From an uncultured archaeon (lineage in GTDB: Archaea; Asgardarchaeota; Lokiarchaeia; Sigyniarchaeales; SOKP01), in assembly GCA_964493715.1 (NCBI GenBank), contig CAZBPC010000066.1:1-19245 (forward strand): a stretch of DNA of 19,245 nucleotides. Reading direction: 5' to 3'. The notes under the pieces are model-generated. The model did no database searches, was not told the DNA's origin, and was given only the letters and a program-made list of their open reading frames with translations. The translations under genes and the position numbers were made by a program. Shown one piece after another: positions 8,389-17,391 of the stretch; position 1 is the first letter of the stretch; every line of letters begins with the position of its first letter.

Positions 8389-9519
8389 ATGAAGAGAAAA
8401 AATTTTATTATCAAACCATCAAAAGCAATTCAAAAATATTTGGGCTCAATGGATGCTTCATTATATCTAGAAGAACAGAACCAAGGAGGAAGTAAATTCA
8501 TATACCTAGATAAAAATGAAAATCCTTTTTCACCTCCTTTAGAAGATTTATCCTCTTTAATCTCTTTAGATGTCCTAAAAAACTATCCAGATCCTAATTC
8601 TAATGAAATATTAAACAGATTGTCGCTGATTCTTGAGGTTCCGACATCATTTTTAATTGCTGGATCGGGTTCTGATGAGTTGCTAGATCTTGTAATTCGA
8701 ACATTTGCAACATCTAAAACAATGATATTGAGTATATGTCCTACATTTTCAATGTATAAATTTTATGCAAGCATAAATAATGCGAAATACGTAAGTGTAC
8801 CTTTAAAACTCTCGGTAAATGAAGCATCTGGACTGGCAAAATTTAACTTAGATCCAGAAATTTTTATTAAGAAAGCTAAAATGTCAGACATAATCATTCT
8901 GGCAAGACCAAATAATCCTGACGGAATGGTTATCGATATTGAATTCATTGAGAAGCTTCTGGAACTGGAAAAGTTAATCATTATTGATGAAGCTTACATT
9001 GACTTCAGTTATAAACCCAGTTTAATAGGTTTGGTAAAAAATTATCAAAATTTAATTATATCACGATCATTTAGCAAATCCTTTTCGCTCGCTGGGTTAA
9101 GATTAGGATACATTATTGCAAATCCTTCAATAATAAAGATACTAATGAAGGTGAAAAGCCCATTTAATGTTAACAATATGGCTTTACAAATAGGTTTGGT
9201 ATTATTGAATAACTACGATAAGGTTAGTGCCAATGTTAATAAAATTAAACAAATTCGAGAAGAATTTTACAGTGATCTCACCAAATTAAGAGAGAAATGT
9301 AAAGGATTTTATTACCATCCAAGTGAAGCAAACTTTACTTTATTGAGATTTCAATCAAAAGAGAGATCACAATCAGTGTATCAATTTTTCCTAAAAAACC
9401 AAATAAAAGTGAGGAAATTCGATTCAGAACTCTCAAACTGTCTAAGAATTTCAATAGGTAAAAGGTTACAAATGAAAAATGTAATAAAAATTTTAAATTT
9501 ATACTTTGAGGTGAATTAA
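8389..9519 (+). CDS. hisC: Histidinol-phosphate aminotransferase
   Basis: LDKNENP, NYPD, GSGSDE, PTFSMY, PNNPDG, IIDEAY, PLP lysine in SRSFSKSFSLAGLRLG; located inside the his operon. Confidence 0.9.
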   Translation: MKRKNFIIKPSKAIQKYLGSMDASLYLEEQNQGGSKFIYLDKNENPFSPPLEDLSSLISLDVLKNYPDPNSNEILNRLSLILEVPTSFLIAGSGSDELLDLVIRTFATSKTMILSICPTFSMYKFYASINNAKYVSVPLKLSVNEASGLAKFNLDPEIFIKKAKMSDIIILARPNNPDGMVIDIEFIEKLLELEKLIIIDEAYIDFSYKPSLIGLVKNYQNLIISRSFSKSFSLAGLRLGYIIANPSIIKILMKVKSPFNVNNMALQIGLVLLNNYDKVSANVNKIKQIREEFYSDLTKLREKCKGFYYHPSEANFTLLRFQSKERSQSVYQFFLKNQIKVRKFDSELSNCLRISIGKRLQMKNVIKILNLYFEVN

Positions 9520-9520
9520 A

Positions 9521-10126
9521 TTGGAAAGAAAAACACATTTAGAAAGGAAGACTAAGGAAACCAATATTAAAGTGGATTTAAATCTCGATGGTGTAGGAGA
9601 ATCTAAAATTAGTACTTCGATAGCTTTATTTGATCATCTTCTCACTCAGATTGCTGTCCATGGATGTTTTAATCTAAATATTAATGCAGAAGGTGATCTC
9701 CCAATAGATAATCATCATATAATTGAAGATACTGCAATTGTTTTGGGAAAAGCTTTTAAAAAAACCTTAGATTATAAAAAAGGGATTACTCGGGTAGCAC
9801 ATTCTTTTTTTCCGATGGATGAGTGCCTTGCTTTTGTTGCAGTGGATATTTCTTCAAGACCATTTTTTCGAAAAGAAATCAACTGGAAAAATCAATTTTT
9901 AGGCTCTAAAGAGGAAAATTTAATTCCAGTAGACTTAATAGAGCATTTTCTATATTCATTTTCGATAAATGCTAAAATAACGCTTCATGTAAGGTCGCTA
10001 TATGGTGATAACAATCACCACATAACAGAAGCGATATTTAAAGCTCTTGGGAAGGCTCTAGATTATGCCTCGAGATTCGATCCAAAACGTGAACAAACTC
10101 TTCCTTCAAGTAAAGGATATCTATAG
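9521..10126 (+). CDS. hisB: Imidazoleglycerol-phosphate dehydratase (monofunctional)
   Basis: RKTKETNI, FDHLL, DNHHIIED, PMDE, NNHHITEAIFKA, PSSKG; TTG start preceded by GAGGTGA (9508-9514); no N-terminal phosphatase domain. Confidence 0.95.
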   Translation: MERKTHLERKTKETNIKVDLNLDGVGESKISTSIALFDHLLTQIAVHGCFNLNINAEGDLPIDNHHIIEDTAIVLGKAFKKTLDYKKGITRVAHSFFPMDECLAFVAVDISSRPFFRKEINWKNQFLGSKEENLIPVDLIEHFLYSFSINAKITLHVRSLYGDNNHHITEAIFKALGKALDYASRFDPKREQTLPSSKGYL

Positions 10127-10136
10127 AGGGATTCAT

Positions 10137-10733
10137 ATGATTATTATAATAGATTATGGAAGTGGGAATCTTAGGTCGATTCAAAAAAGCTTTGAGAGAT
10201 TTTACTCTGATGTGAGGATTTCGAATGACATAAATTTAATAGAGCAAGCACATGGATTAATTCTTCCAGGTGTAGGATCTTTTGGAGATGCGATAAAGGA
10301 ACTCGCACGATACAATCTAATCGATGCTTTAAGAAAAATTTTCAAACATGTTCCAACTATGGGAATCTGTTTGGGTATGCAGTTATTTTTCTCAAGATCA
10401 GAAGAATCTTTTGGTATACGTGGATTAGATGTAATTCCTGGGGTCGTAATTAAACTTAATAGTAATGAAACGATAAAAATTCCTCATACTGGTTGGAATA
10501 GATTAATTCCAACTTCAGAGCCCTATTTTTTAGGTTATGCATACTTCAATCACTCTTACTATTGCTTACCAAACGAGAAAAAAGTATGTATCACATACTT
10601 TAACCATGGAAAATCTATTCCTGCAATTATAGTTAAAGATCAAATAATTGGTGTACAATTCCATCCAGAAAAAAGCAAAAATGTTGGTGATAATATAATT
10701 AAATATTTTATTTCAATGCTTAGAGGGAGTTAG
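10137..10733 (+). CDS. hisH: Imidazole glycerol phosphate synthase glutaminase subunit (start revised to ATG 10137)
   Basis: IIDYGSGNLRS, LPGVGSF, GICLGMQ (nucleophile Cys), PHTGWN, QFHPEKS; GAGGG upstream of 10137. Confidence 0.95.
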   Translation: MIIIIDYGSGNLRSIQKSFERFYSDVRISNDINLIEQAHGLILPGVGSFGDAIKELARYNLIDALRKIFKHVPTMGICLGMQLFFSRSEESFGIRGLDVIPGVVIKLNSNETIKIPHTGWNRLIPTSEPYFLGYAYFNHSYYCLPNEKKVCITYFNHGKSIPAIIVKDQIIGVQFHPEKSKNVGDNIIKYFISMLRGS

Positions 10734-10736
10734 AAA

Positions 10737-12239
10737 GTGAAAAAGATAATTCCTGCTATTGATCTGTATAATGGAAATGCTGTTCGGTTATACCAAGGTG
10801 ATTTTAACAAAATTAAAATATATCATAGAAACCCGGTTGAGCTTCTAAAGAGTTTTCTTTCTCTAGGAGTTGATCTAGTTCATGTTGTAAATTTAAATGG
10901 AGTTAGACCTAGAAATTTCAAAGGAAATGACAATTTTAAAGTCATTAAATCTCTTATTGATGAAGCTAATAATTGGGGATCAAAAATAGAATTAGGAGGG
11001 GGAATTAGAACCATAGATACTATTGACAAACTTCTTGATTGGGGGCTTTATAAATTTATTATTGGAACCCTTGCTGTGGAGAATCCAACTCTTTTAAATA
11101 AATTTATTCTAAATTACAGAGACCAAATGATTGTGGCTTTAGATTTTCTTAAAGGGCACTTAAAGATTAAAGGGTGGACTGAAGAAAGCAATAGAAGTTT
11201 AGATTCCTACTTTTTAAAGCTAGAGGATCAAGGAGTTTCGCATTTCATAATAACCGACATCTCTCGAGATGGTACCTTGAGTGGTGTCAATATTGCTTCA
11301 TACAAGAAGATATCAAGTATTAAGCAAGATAATACAAAAATCATAGCATCAGGAGGGATTATAAATGAAAGTGATGTTCATAAGGTTTTGCAATACACAG
11401 ATGGAGTAATAATTGGGAAAGCATTATACAGCAACAATATAAGTTCTAAAAGTCTGCAAAATCTCATAGTTAATTATAATCCAACTAATTTAACAAAACG
11501 AGTGATCCCCTGTCTCGATGTTAAAGATGGGCGAGTCGTAAAAGGAGTACAATTCAATAATCTGCAAGATAGTGGAGATCCTGTAGAATTGGCTAAATTT
11601 TACAATGATGAAGGAGCAGACGAATTAGTTTTTCTAGATATTTCAGCTACACTAGAAGGACGAAAAAGTATGCTCAGTACAATCCATTCTGTTGCTGAAG
11701 AAGTATATATTCCATTAACAGTTGGTGGTGGAATAAAAACTATTGAGGATATGACTGCAATTATCAAAGCTGGAGCCGAAAAAGTGAGCATAAATTCCGC
11801 GGCTATAAAAAACCCAGATTTAATTACGAAAGGAGCAAAAAAATTTGGGTCTCAATGCATTGTTGTTGCTATCGATGCAAAAAAAAAAGGTGAATCATGG
11901 GAAGTTTATTCACATAGCGGTTCAAAACCTACTGGCATCGACGTTTTAGAATGGGTAAAAATTGTAGTGGAAAAAGGGGCGGGAGAACTTTTAGTTACAA
12001 GCATTGATAGAGATGGGACTAACATAGGATATGATATTGAGTTAATCCGAGCAATTACGAATATTGTGTCTGTACCTGTGATCGCTTCAGGGGGAGCTGG
12101 AACTAAAGAGCATTTTATAGATGCAATTAATAATGGAGCAGAAGCTGTGTTAGCGGCTTCATTATTTCATTACAATCGCATGAAAATTCAGGATTTAAAA
12201 GATTTTTTAGGTAATCATAATATTATGATAAGAAAATAA
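10737..12239 (+). CDS. hisA-hisF: HisA-HisF fusion: ProFAR isomerase (residues ~1-245) joined to IGP synthase cyclase subunit (from residue ~252, nt ~11490)
   Basis: HisA: [43 protein letters not shown]. HisF: [54 protein letters not shown]. No stop or ATG at the junction. Confidence 0.92.
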   Translation: MKKIIPAIDLYNGNAVRLYQGDFNKIKIYHRNPVELLKSFLSLGVDLVHVVNLNGVRPRNFKGNDNFKVIKSLIDEANNWGSKIELGGGIRTIDTIDKLLDWGLYKFIIGTLAVENPTLLNKFILNYRDQMIVALDFLKGHLKIKGWTEESNRSLDSYFLKLEDQGVSHFIITDISRDGTLSGVNIASYKKISSIKQDNTKIIASGGIINESDVHKVLQYTDGVIIGKALYSNNISSKSLQNLIVNYNPTNLTKRVIPCLDVKDGRVVKGVQFNNLQDSGDPVELAKFYNDEGADELVFLDISATLEGRKSMLSTIHSVAEEVYIPLTVGGGIKTIEDMTAIIKAGAEKVSINSAAIKNPDLITKGAKKFGSQCIVVAIDAKKKGESWEVYSHSGSKPTGIDVLEWVKIVVEKGAGELLVTSIDRDGTNIGYDIELIRAITNIVSVPVIASGGAGTKEHFIDAINNGAEAVLAASLFHYNRMKIQDLKDFLGNHNIMIRK

Positions 12240-12262
12240 TTAGTTTTAGTATAAGTTTAAAT

Positions 12263-13819
12263 TCAATTTTTTTTATATCTTGCGTTCCCATCCATAATTT
12301 TTCTGTCAAGAATCATATCATTTGCTTGCATTCCGGCAAGCAACGTGGCAAAAACGCTATGGATGAATTTTGGTTGATAAAGTCCCTTTACGGGAGTTTT
12401 CATCTTGAGTCTTGTTCTACCAAAATTATCGGGATAAGGTGCCATATCATAAATCGCACCTGAAGGAGATCCGGAATATCGTGCATAAGTCGCTGGAGTC
12501 GAAATATCAACAACCTTTATATGTTTCCTTAGTTCAGGAATTAGATATTTTTCAGTTTTGTCTATAAAGAAATCTGCCCATTTTTGTTTCTTTTCATTAT
12601 ATTTTTGAGGATCTTTTTCTCGTAATTCTACCCAATCATCAATACCCATAGGAACAATCCTCAAGACAATATTAGGCTTTCCACCAGTTGTTAGCGAAGG
12701 ACATATGACACCAAGTCGAAATTCTTCATCTGTATATCCTATTTTTCCATTTTCCATATCATCAAATAGTCTATCGTAAATATCTCCTCCAGAAGAAATG
12801 ACACAATAGCCACAATCTAAACCTAACCCACCCAAATCGATTTCATCGTCAAGTCCGATGCTTACATTCATTGATGATGTTGACATTCTCACACTTTCGA
12901 TTTTATCAGCATACTTTTTATCCAAATCACGTATGATATCTAAACCCACCATTTTTTTCATTGCTACTAATGGATCTACAGTAGTAACAACATAATCCGA
13001 ATATATTTTTCTTCCGTCCTCAAGTTCAATCCCCCTCACTTCTCCGTTTTCTACTAATATCTTGCTTACTTTTGTGTTGAGCAGTAGCTCTCCTCCTAAA
13101 CTAAGATATTTTTCTTCAAATTTCTTGGGGAACTCGATGAATCCTCCCTTAGGTCGAAATGCACCATCAAGTAGTGAGTTCATTGCTGAAATTGGTACCG
13201 GTGCTGAGACCCTATTAGCAGGTAATCCACTAAATTCAGCAAAAACTGTAAATATCTCAATAACATCTGGTTCTGTGATATTAAACTGTTCAAAGTATTC
13301 TTTAAATGTTTTTCTGGAGTTTTTTACGATCTTTGGGCATGTTACTAACATTTTTAAGATTTCAATAATCGTTGGTTCTAGTTTAAGTTTAAATAACTCC
13401 AAATATAAGGCTCTTGAATAATCTAATAAATTTTCGATTTCAGTAGCATTATTAGGATATTTTTCCATTAATTCTTTTTTAAATTCTTGAAATCCAGAAG
13501 GTAAATCAATAGTCCTCACATTATTTGTTTTAATATCAACTAAGAAAATCCTCGTATAGTACCCTTTATACTCCTTAAGCTCAATATCAATGTCAAAAAA
13601 ATGTAATAAATCCGTAATATTGGGAATCATTTGACATGTATCGAAGGTATATCCTTGTCGTTCATAGGATGTGACATACCCACCAGTCTTTGGTTCTTTT
13701 TCTATTATTAATACTGGTTCCTTTTTAACATCATGGTATTTGGCCCAAGTTAGACCACTACTTAAGCCGGTTATGCCACCTCCGACTACTATTAAACTAT
13801 ATTTATTTGTATCTGTCAT
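12263..13819 (-). CDS. FAD-dependent oxidoreductase, phytoene desaturase (CrtI)/COG1233-like; substrate unknown
   Basis: VVGGGITG Rossmann motif, EKEPKTGG, GYTFD, PKGG, VSKILVENG.V.GIEL.DG, STPATYARY.GS..GAIY. Confidence 0.8.
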   Translation of the reverse strand: MTDTNKYSLIVVGGGITGLSSGLTWAKYHDVKKEPVLIIEKEPKTGGYVTSYERQGYTFDTCQMIPNITDLLHFFDIDIELKEYKGYYTRIFLVDIKTNNVRTIDLPSGFQEFKKELMEKYPNNATEIENLLDYSRALYLELFKLKLEPTIIEILKMLVTCPKIVKNSRKTFKEYFEQFNITEPDVIEIFTVFAEFSGLPANRVSAPVPISAMNSLLDGAFRPKGGFIEFPKKFEEKYLSLGGELLLNTKVSKILVENGEVRGIELEDGRKIYSDYVVTTVDPLVAMKKMVGLDIIRDLDKKYADKIESVRMSTSSMNVSIGLDDEIDLGGLGLDCGYCVISSGGDIYDRLFDDMENGKIGYTDEEFRLGVICPSLTTGGKPNIVLRIVPMGIDDWVELREKDPQKYNEKKQKWADFFIDKTEKYLIPELRKHIKVVDISTPATYARYSGSPSGAIYDMAPYPDNFGRTRLKMKTPVKGLYQPKFIHSVFATLLAGMQANDMILDRKIMDGNARYKKN

Positions 13820-13842
13820 GAATTAAAGAATTGATGTTCAAA

Positions 13843-13850
13843 TATTTAAA
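13843..13850 (-). promoter_or_regulatory. Archaeal TATA box candidate (TTTAAATA) for a leaderless CrtI-like transcript
   Basis: First T lies 31 nt upstream of ATG 13819, preceded by an A-rich BRE-like stretch; the upstream gene is followed by a T8-A-T6 tract. Confidence 0.5.
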
Positions 13851-13870
13851 GATTTAATTTTTCTTGTCAT

Positions 13871-13885
13871 AAAAAATAAAAAAAA
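13871..13885 (-). terminator. Oligo-T terminator candidate after the methyltransferase gene
   Basis: T8-A-T6 on the minus strand immediately after the TAA at 13888-13886. Confidence 0.45.
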
Positions 13886-14593
13886 TTATTCTTTAATACC
13901 AATAAATAACCCACGCTGCACTTCTAATCCTTCTTCTAAATATATAGTCTCTAATCCCGCTTCTTTCATAAAATTCTTAGTCTGCTCGGTTTCAAATAGA
14001 CCTAATTCATGAGTTTCTTTAAAGTAGGTTACATCCTGGTTTCTTTTGGCTATTAAGAAATGCATAACAAAGGAGGATATAATTCCTTCCACTTTGGAAA
14101 CGTTTAATCGAGCAATTTTGATATTATCATCTTCATATGTTTCCATACTTGGCAATCCGGGAGTAAAAATTGATGGTGTTAACCAGGGTTCAATGATTAC
14201 AATTCCACCTTGCTTTAAATGATTAGCAAATGTTATTATTGTTTTTCTAAGATTTTCAAGAGTTTTCACATATCCGATAGAACTGAAAAGACAAGTGATA
14301 ATATCAAATTTTTCTTTTAAATCCATATTTATCATATCAGCTTGAATAAATCGAACGTCACTAATTTTTTCTTTAGCATGATCAAGCATTTTTTTACTAA
14401 TATCGACGCCTGTGCAAGAAAAGTCGTTTTTAAAAAAGTTTATATGCTTGCCAGTACCACATCCTATATCTAATAGCTTATTTCCACTAGATAATTTATG
14501 ATTTTCAATTAAATTTTTAAGCATACCAACAGATTTATCATAATCTAAAAAAGAATATATCAAATCATAAATTTCAGCAAATTTATCATACAT
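13886..14593 (-). CDS. Class I SAM-dependent methyltransferase, TylM1/DesVI-like fold family
   Basis: AEIYDLIY, LLDIGCGTG, GVDIS..ML, DIITCLFSSIGY, GGIVIIEPW. Confidence 0.85.
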   Translation of the reverse strand: MYDKFAEIYDLIYSFLDYDKSVGMLKNLIENHKLSSGNKLLDIGCGTGKHINFFKNDFSCTGVDISKKMLDHAKEKISDVRFIQADMINMDLKEKFDIITCLFSSIGYVKTLENLRKTIITFANHLKQGGIVIIEPWLTPSIFTPGLPSMETYEDDNIKIARLNVSKVEGIISSFVMHFLIAKRNQDVTYFKETHELGLFETEQTKNFMKEAGLETIYLEEGLEVQRGLFIGIKE

Positions 14594-14609
14594 TTTAATT
14601 TTCTCATAA

Positions 14610-15431
14610 TTATAATTTCAAAATTTTTCTTGCTTCAATTGGAGATGCTATTTCTCGACCTAATTCAGAAGCAATCCTTACTACTTTTTCAACTAGTTGA
14701 CCGTTAGATTCTGCTAATTTTCCTTTAGAGAGGAATAAGTTGTCTTCTAAACCAACTCTAACGTGTCCTCCATATATTATTCCCATTGTAGCAACAGAAA
14801 ACTCATATCTTCCTACGCCAGTTACGGTATAAGTAGAATCTTTAGGTAAACTTTCAATTAAAAAAACTATATCTCTTGGTGTAGCCGTAATTCCACCATT
14901 CACTCCAAAAACTAAATTAAAATGCATTGGACTTTTTATGATACCTTTTTCGTAATGTCGGAGAGCCATATCGATATGACTTTTATCAAAACACTCCAAT
15001 TCAGGTTTTATACCAAGATTATTCATTTCTTTAGCAAAGTAATTAATGGAAGTTTCAGTATTGACGAATATTTCATCATTTCCGAAATTCATTGTACCAC
15101 AATCTAAGCTAGCAAGAAGAGGTGCCGGTTTTAGATATATTGGTTGTAATCTTTCTTCATTAGTCATGCCAACAGCACCTCCAGTTGAAGGCATTATTAT
15201 TACATCTGGACATCGCTTCTTAATCTCTTCAATGCATTCTTTAAATCTTTTTATGGATTGTGTAGGTTTTCCATCATCTTTCCTAACGTGTAAATGAATG
15301 ATACTAGCACCAGCTATATATGCTAATTCTGCTTCATTTCCTATCTCTTTAATAGTATAAGGAATATTAGGATTTTGTTCTTTTGAAACTTCTGCTCCAC
15401 ATATTGCCGCAGTTATTATTAATTTTTGCAT
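14610..15431 (-). CDS. kce: 3-keto-5-aminohexanoate cleavage enzyme (BKACE/DUF849); start revised to ATG 15431
   Basis: KLIITAAICGAEV, IIHLHVR (Zn HxH), STGGAVG, ASLDCGTMNFG, PELECFD, GGHVRVGLEDN; lysine-fermentation context; GAGGA upstream. Confidence 0.9.
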   Translation of the reverse strand: MQKLIITAAICGAEVSKEQNPNIPYTIKEIGNEAELAYIAGASIIHLHVRKDDGKPTQSIKRFKECIEEIKKRCPDVIIMPSTGGAVGMTNEERLQPIYLKPAPLLASLDCGTMNFGNDEIFVNTETSINYFAKEMNNLGIKPELECFDKSHIDMALRHYEKGIIKSPMHFNLVFGVNGGITATPRDIVFLIESLPKDSTYTVTGVGRYEFSVATMGIIYGGHVRVGLEDNLFLSKGKLAESNGQLVEKVVRIASELGREIASPIEARKILKL

Positions 15432-15555
15432 TCGTACTTTAGTCCTCTTCAATATATATGATACAAATTTTAAATTACATAAAAAGATTAGAATAAAATC
15501 ATGCTATTATATAAATTGATAAGTATTCTTTTTTAGTAATTATTTTTCAGGTGAA

Positions 15556-15651
15556 ATGATAATAAATTGGATAATTTGTATATCTTGTGGAGCTATATGG
15601 TGGTATTCTGAAAAAAGATTTAAAATATTCGTTCTAAATAGAAAGAAATAA
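15556..15651 (+). CDS. Candidate 31-aa microprotein with CxxCG motif
   Basis: MIINWIICISCGAIWWYSEKRFKIFVLNRKK*; AGGTGA just upstream, TTATATAA at 15507-15514, T-tract at 15653-15665. Confidence 0.25.
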   Translation: MIINWIICISCGAIWWYSEKRFKIFVLNRKK

Positions 15652-15698
15652 CTTTTATTTTTTTTAAAGTATATCAAATGATATATAAAAATTATATT

Positions 15699-16943
15699 TT
15701 ACATAAACTTTCTACACTCTTTTAGAGACTCACCAATCATGTTTGCTGCGTTATTCAAATCTTCCACTGTATGCCTATAACAGATATATCCATGATGATA
15801 AGGTTGTAGAAAAATGTTTCTTCTAATCAGTTGTCTATAAAATTCCTCTCTTAGTTTCCGATATAAGTAATTAGGATCAGAATCAAATGTGATATATGGC
15901 ATCCAAGGTCCTCCTGAAAATGTACATGGGACTTTACTATCTTCTATTACTTGCTTAATATTTTTAGCAAATATTTCACCATTTTTACGAATACTCCCTA
16001 AAACGTCGTCTCTCTCCATTATTTCTATTGTTTTCAATGCTGCAACTTGTGGCAAACTATTTGGAAAGAAAGTCGAACTTAAAAATACTTCTTCGATTAA
16101 AACATCCATGATTTCTTCCTTGCCTGCAAGAAAGCTAATTGAATAGCCATTTGCCAGCGCTTTGCCGAATGCCGCAAGATCGGGGATAACTCCAAATTTT
16201 TTTTGTGCGCCTCCAAGATTGACTCTAAAACCAGTACGTATCTCATCATACATCAATAGCGCTCCATGCTTATCTGCTAATTCACGTAATCCTTCTAGAA
16301 AGCCAGGTTTGGGCATTTCTACTTCATGCCCTCCAGGATGATTTATAGGCGTAACAATTATTGCAGCTACATCATTACCATAAGTATTCATCAGCTTGGT
16401 GACGTGATCTAAATTATTATATTCAAATTCATAAACATCCTCATATAATTTTTTAGGAATTCCCCCCTTATTTTCAACACACCAATCGTGCCAACCATGA
16501 TATCCACAACGGAGAATTTTTACACGTTTTGTATAACCTCGAGCAACTCGGATACCAATAGTAGTAGCATCAGAACCCGTTTTGACAAAAACCATCTTTT
16601 CACAGCATGGTATTAATTCTTTTAATTTTTTGGCTAATTTATTTTGTACTTGTTGAGTTAATGACATGCAAAAGCCCTTGTTTTTAATTTGGTCGATAAC
16701 CGCATTATCGATTTCTTCCTCTCTATGTCCAATAATAATTGGTCCATACGCGCATAACATGTCCAAATATTCATTTCCGTCCACATCAATAACTTTACCT
16801 CCTTTTGCAGTTTCAAAAAAGATGGGGTATTCTCCTTCAACAAAATTGTAGGGCCTTCTTATGCCTAAAATTGCACCGGGGATTAAATTCAATGCATCAT
16901 CATACAATTTAAAAGATTTTTCTAAGTTCAATTTTTCAGACAA
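15699..16943 (-). CDS. kat: Class III PLP aminotransferase, most likely 3-aminobutyryl-CoA aminotransferase
   Basis: GIRRPYNFVEGEYPIF, DVDGNEYLD, KTGSDAT, CGYHGWHDW, DEIRTGFR, FGKALANG (PLP Lys); directly upstream of kce; TTG start with AGGAG SD. Confidence 0.8.
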   Translation of the reverse strand: MSEKLNLEKSFKLYDDALNLIPGAILGIRRPYNFVEGEYPIFFETAKGGKVIDVDGNEYLDMLCAYGPIIIGHREEEIDNAVIDQIKNKGFCMSLTQQVQNKLAKKLKELIPCCEKMVFVKTGSDATTIGIRVARGYTKRVKILRCGYHGWHDWCVENKGGIPKKLYEDVYEFEYNNLDHVTKLMNTYGNDVAAIIVTPINHPGGHEVEMPKPGFLEGLRELADKHGALLMYDEIRTGFRVNLGGAQKKFGVIPDLAAFGKALANGYSISFLAGKEEIMDVLIEEVFLSSTFFPNSLPQVAALKTIEIMERDDVLGSIRKNGEIFAKNIKQVIEDSKVPCTFSGGPWMPYITFDSDPNYLYRKLREEFYRQLIRRNIFLQPYHHGYICYRHTVEDLNNAANMIGESLKECRKFM

Positions 16944-17147
16944 TTTGAATCTCCTAATAATATTATTTGAATTGATCAGTATGAATTATAATTATTGAAT
17001 ATTTTTAAATAATTGATTTCAATAATTTTTAGATTTATAAATTAAAATTTGGGTGCTTCATTGTTTTATATTCTATAAAGCGAGCTTTTTTTATTTCTGA
17101 TTTTTATGCGACTAATAGTTATAAGAAAATTTATTGGCATAAATATA

Positions 17148-17318
17148 ATGGCAAGATTGATTTGTGAAATATGTGGGAGTGAAAAAGATGTTCCAACTTG
17201 TTGCGATCATTCCATGATATTAAAAGAAAGTCATTTATTATGTTGTTGTAAGTCAACAACTTGTGATTATCAACAAATTCCTAAATGTTGTGGACAACAT
17301 ATGACATATGTTGAATAA
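17148..17318 (+). CDS. 56-aa Cys-rich metal-binding microprotein (tandem desulforedoxin/Zn-ribbon-like repeats); start revised to ATG 17148
   Basis: MARLICEICG...VPTCCDHSM...LLCCCKSTTC...IPKCCGQHM; 10 Cys; TTATAAGA 29 nt upstream. Confidence 0.75.
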   Translation: MARLICEICGSEKDVPTCCDHSMILKESHLLCCCKSTTCDYQQIPKCCGQHMTYVE

Positions 17319-17391
17319 AAGTAACTAGAATAATCAATTCTATAGAATAATTAATTAAAAAAAGAAAAATGACAAAAAAAAATTGATAATT

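Noticed and set aside
15699-16943. Glutamate-1-semialdehyde aminomutase (hemL)
   Set aside because: Lacks the HemL GGVNSPVR motif and has GIRRPYNF instead; adjacency to kce favours Kat.
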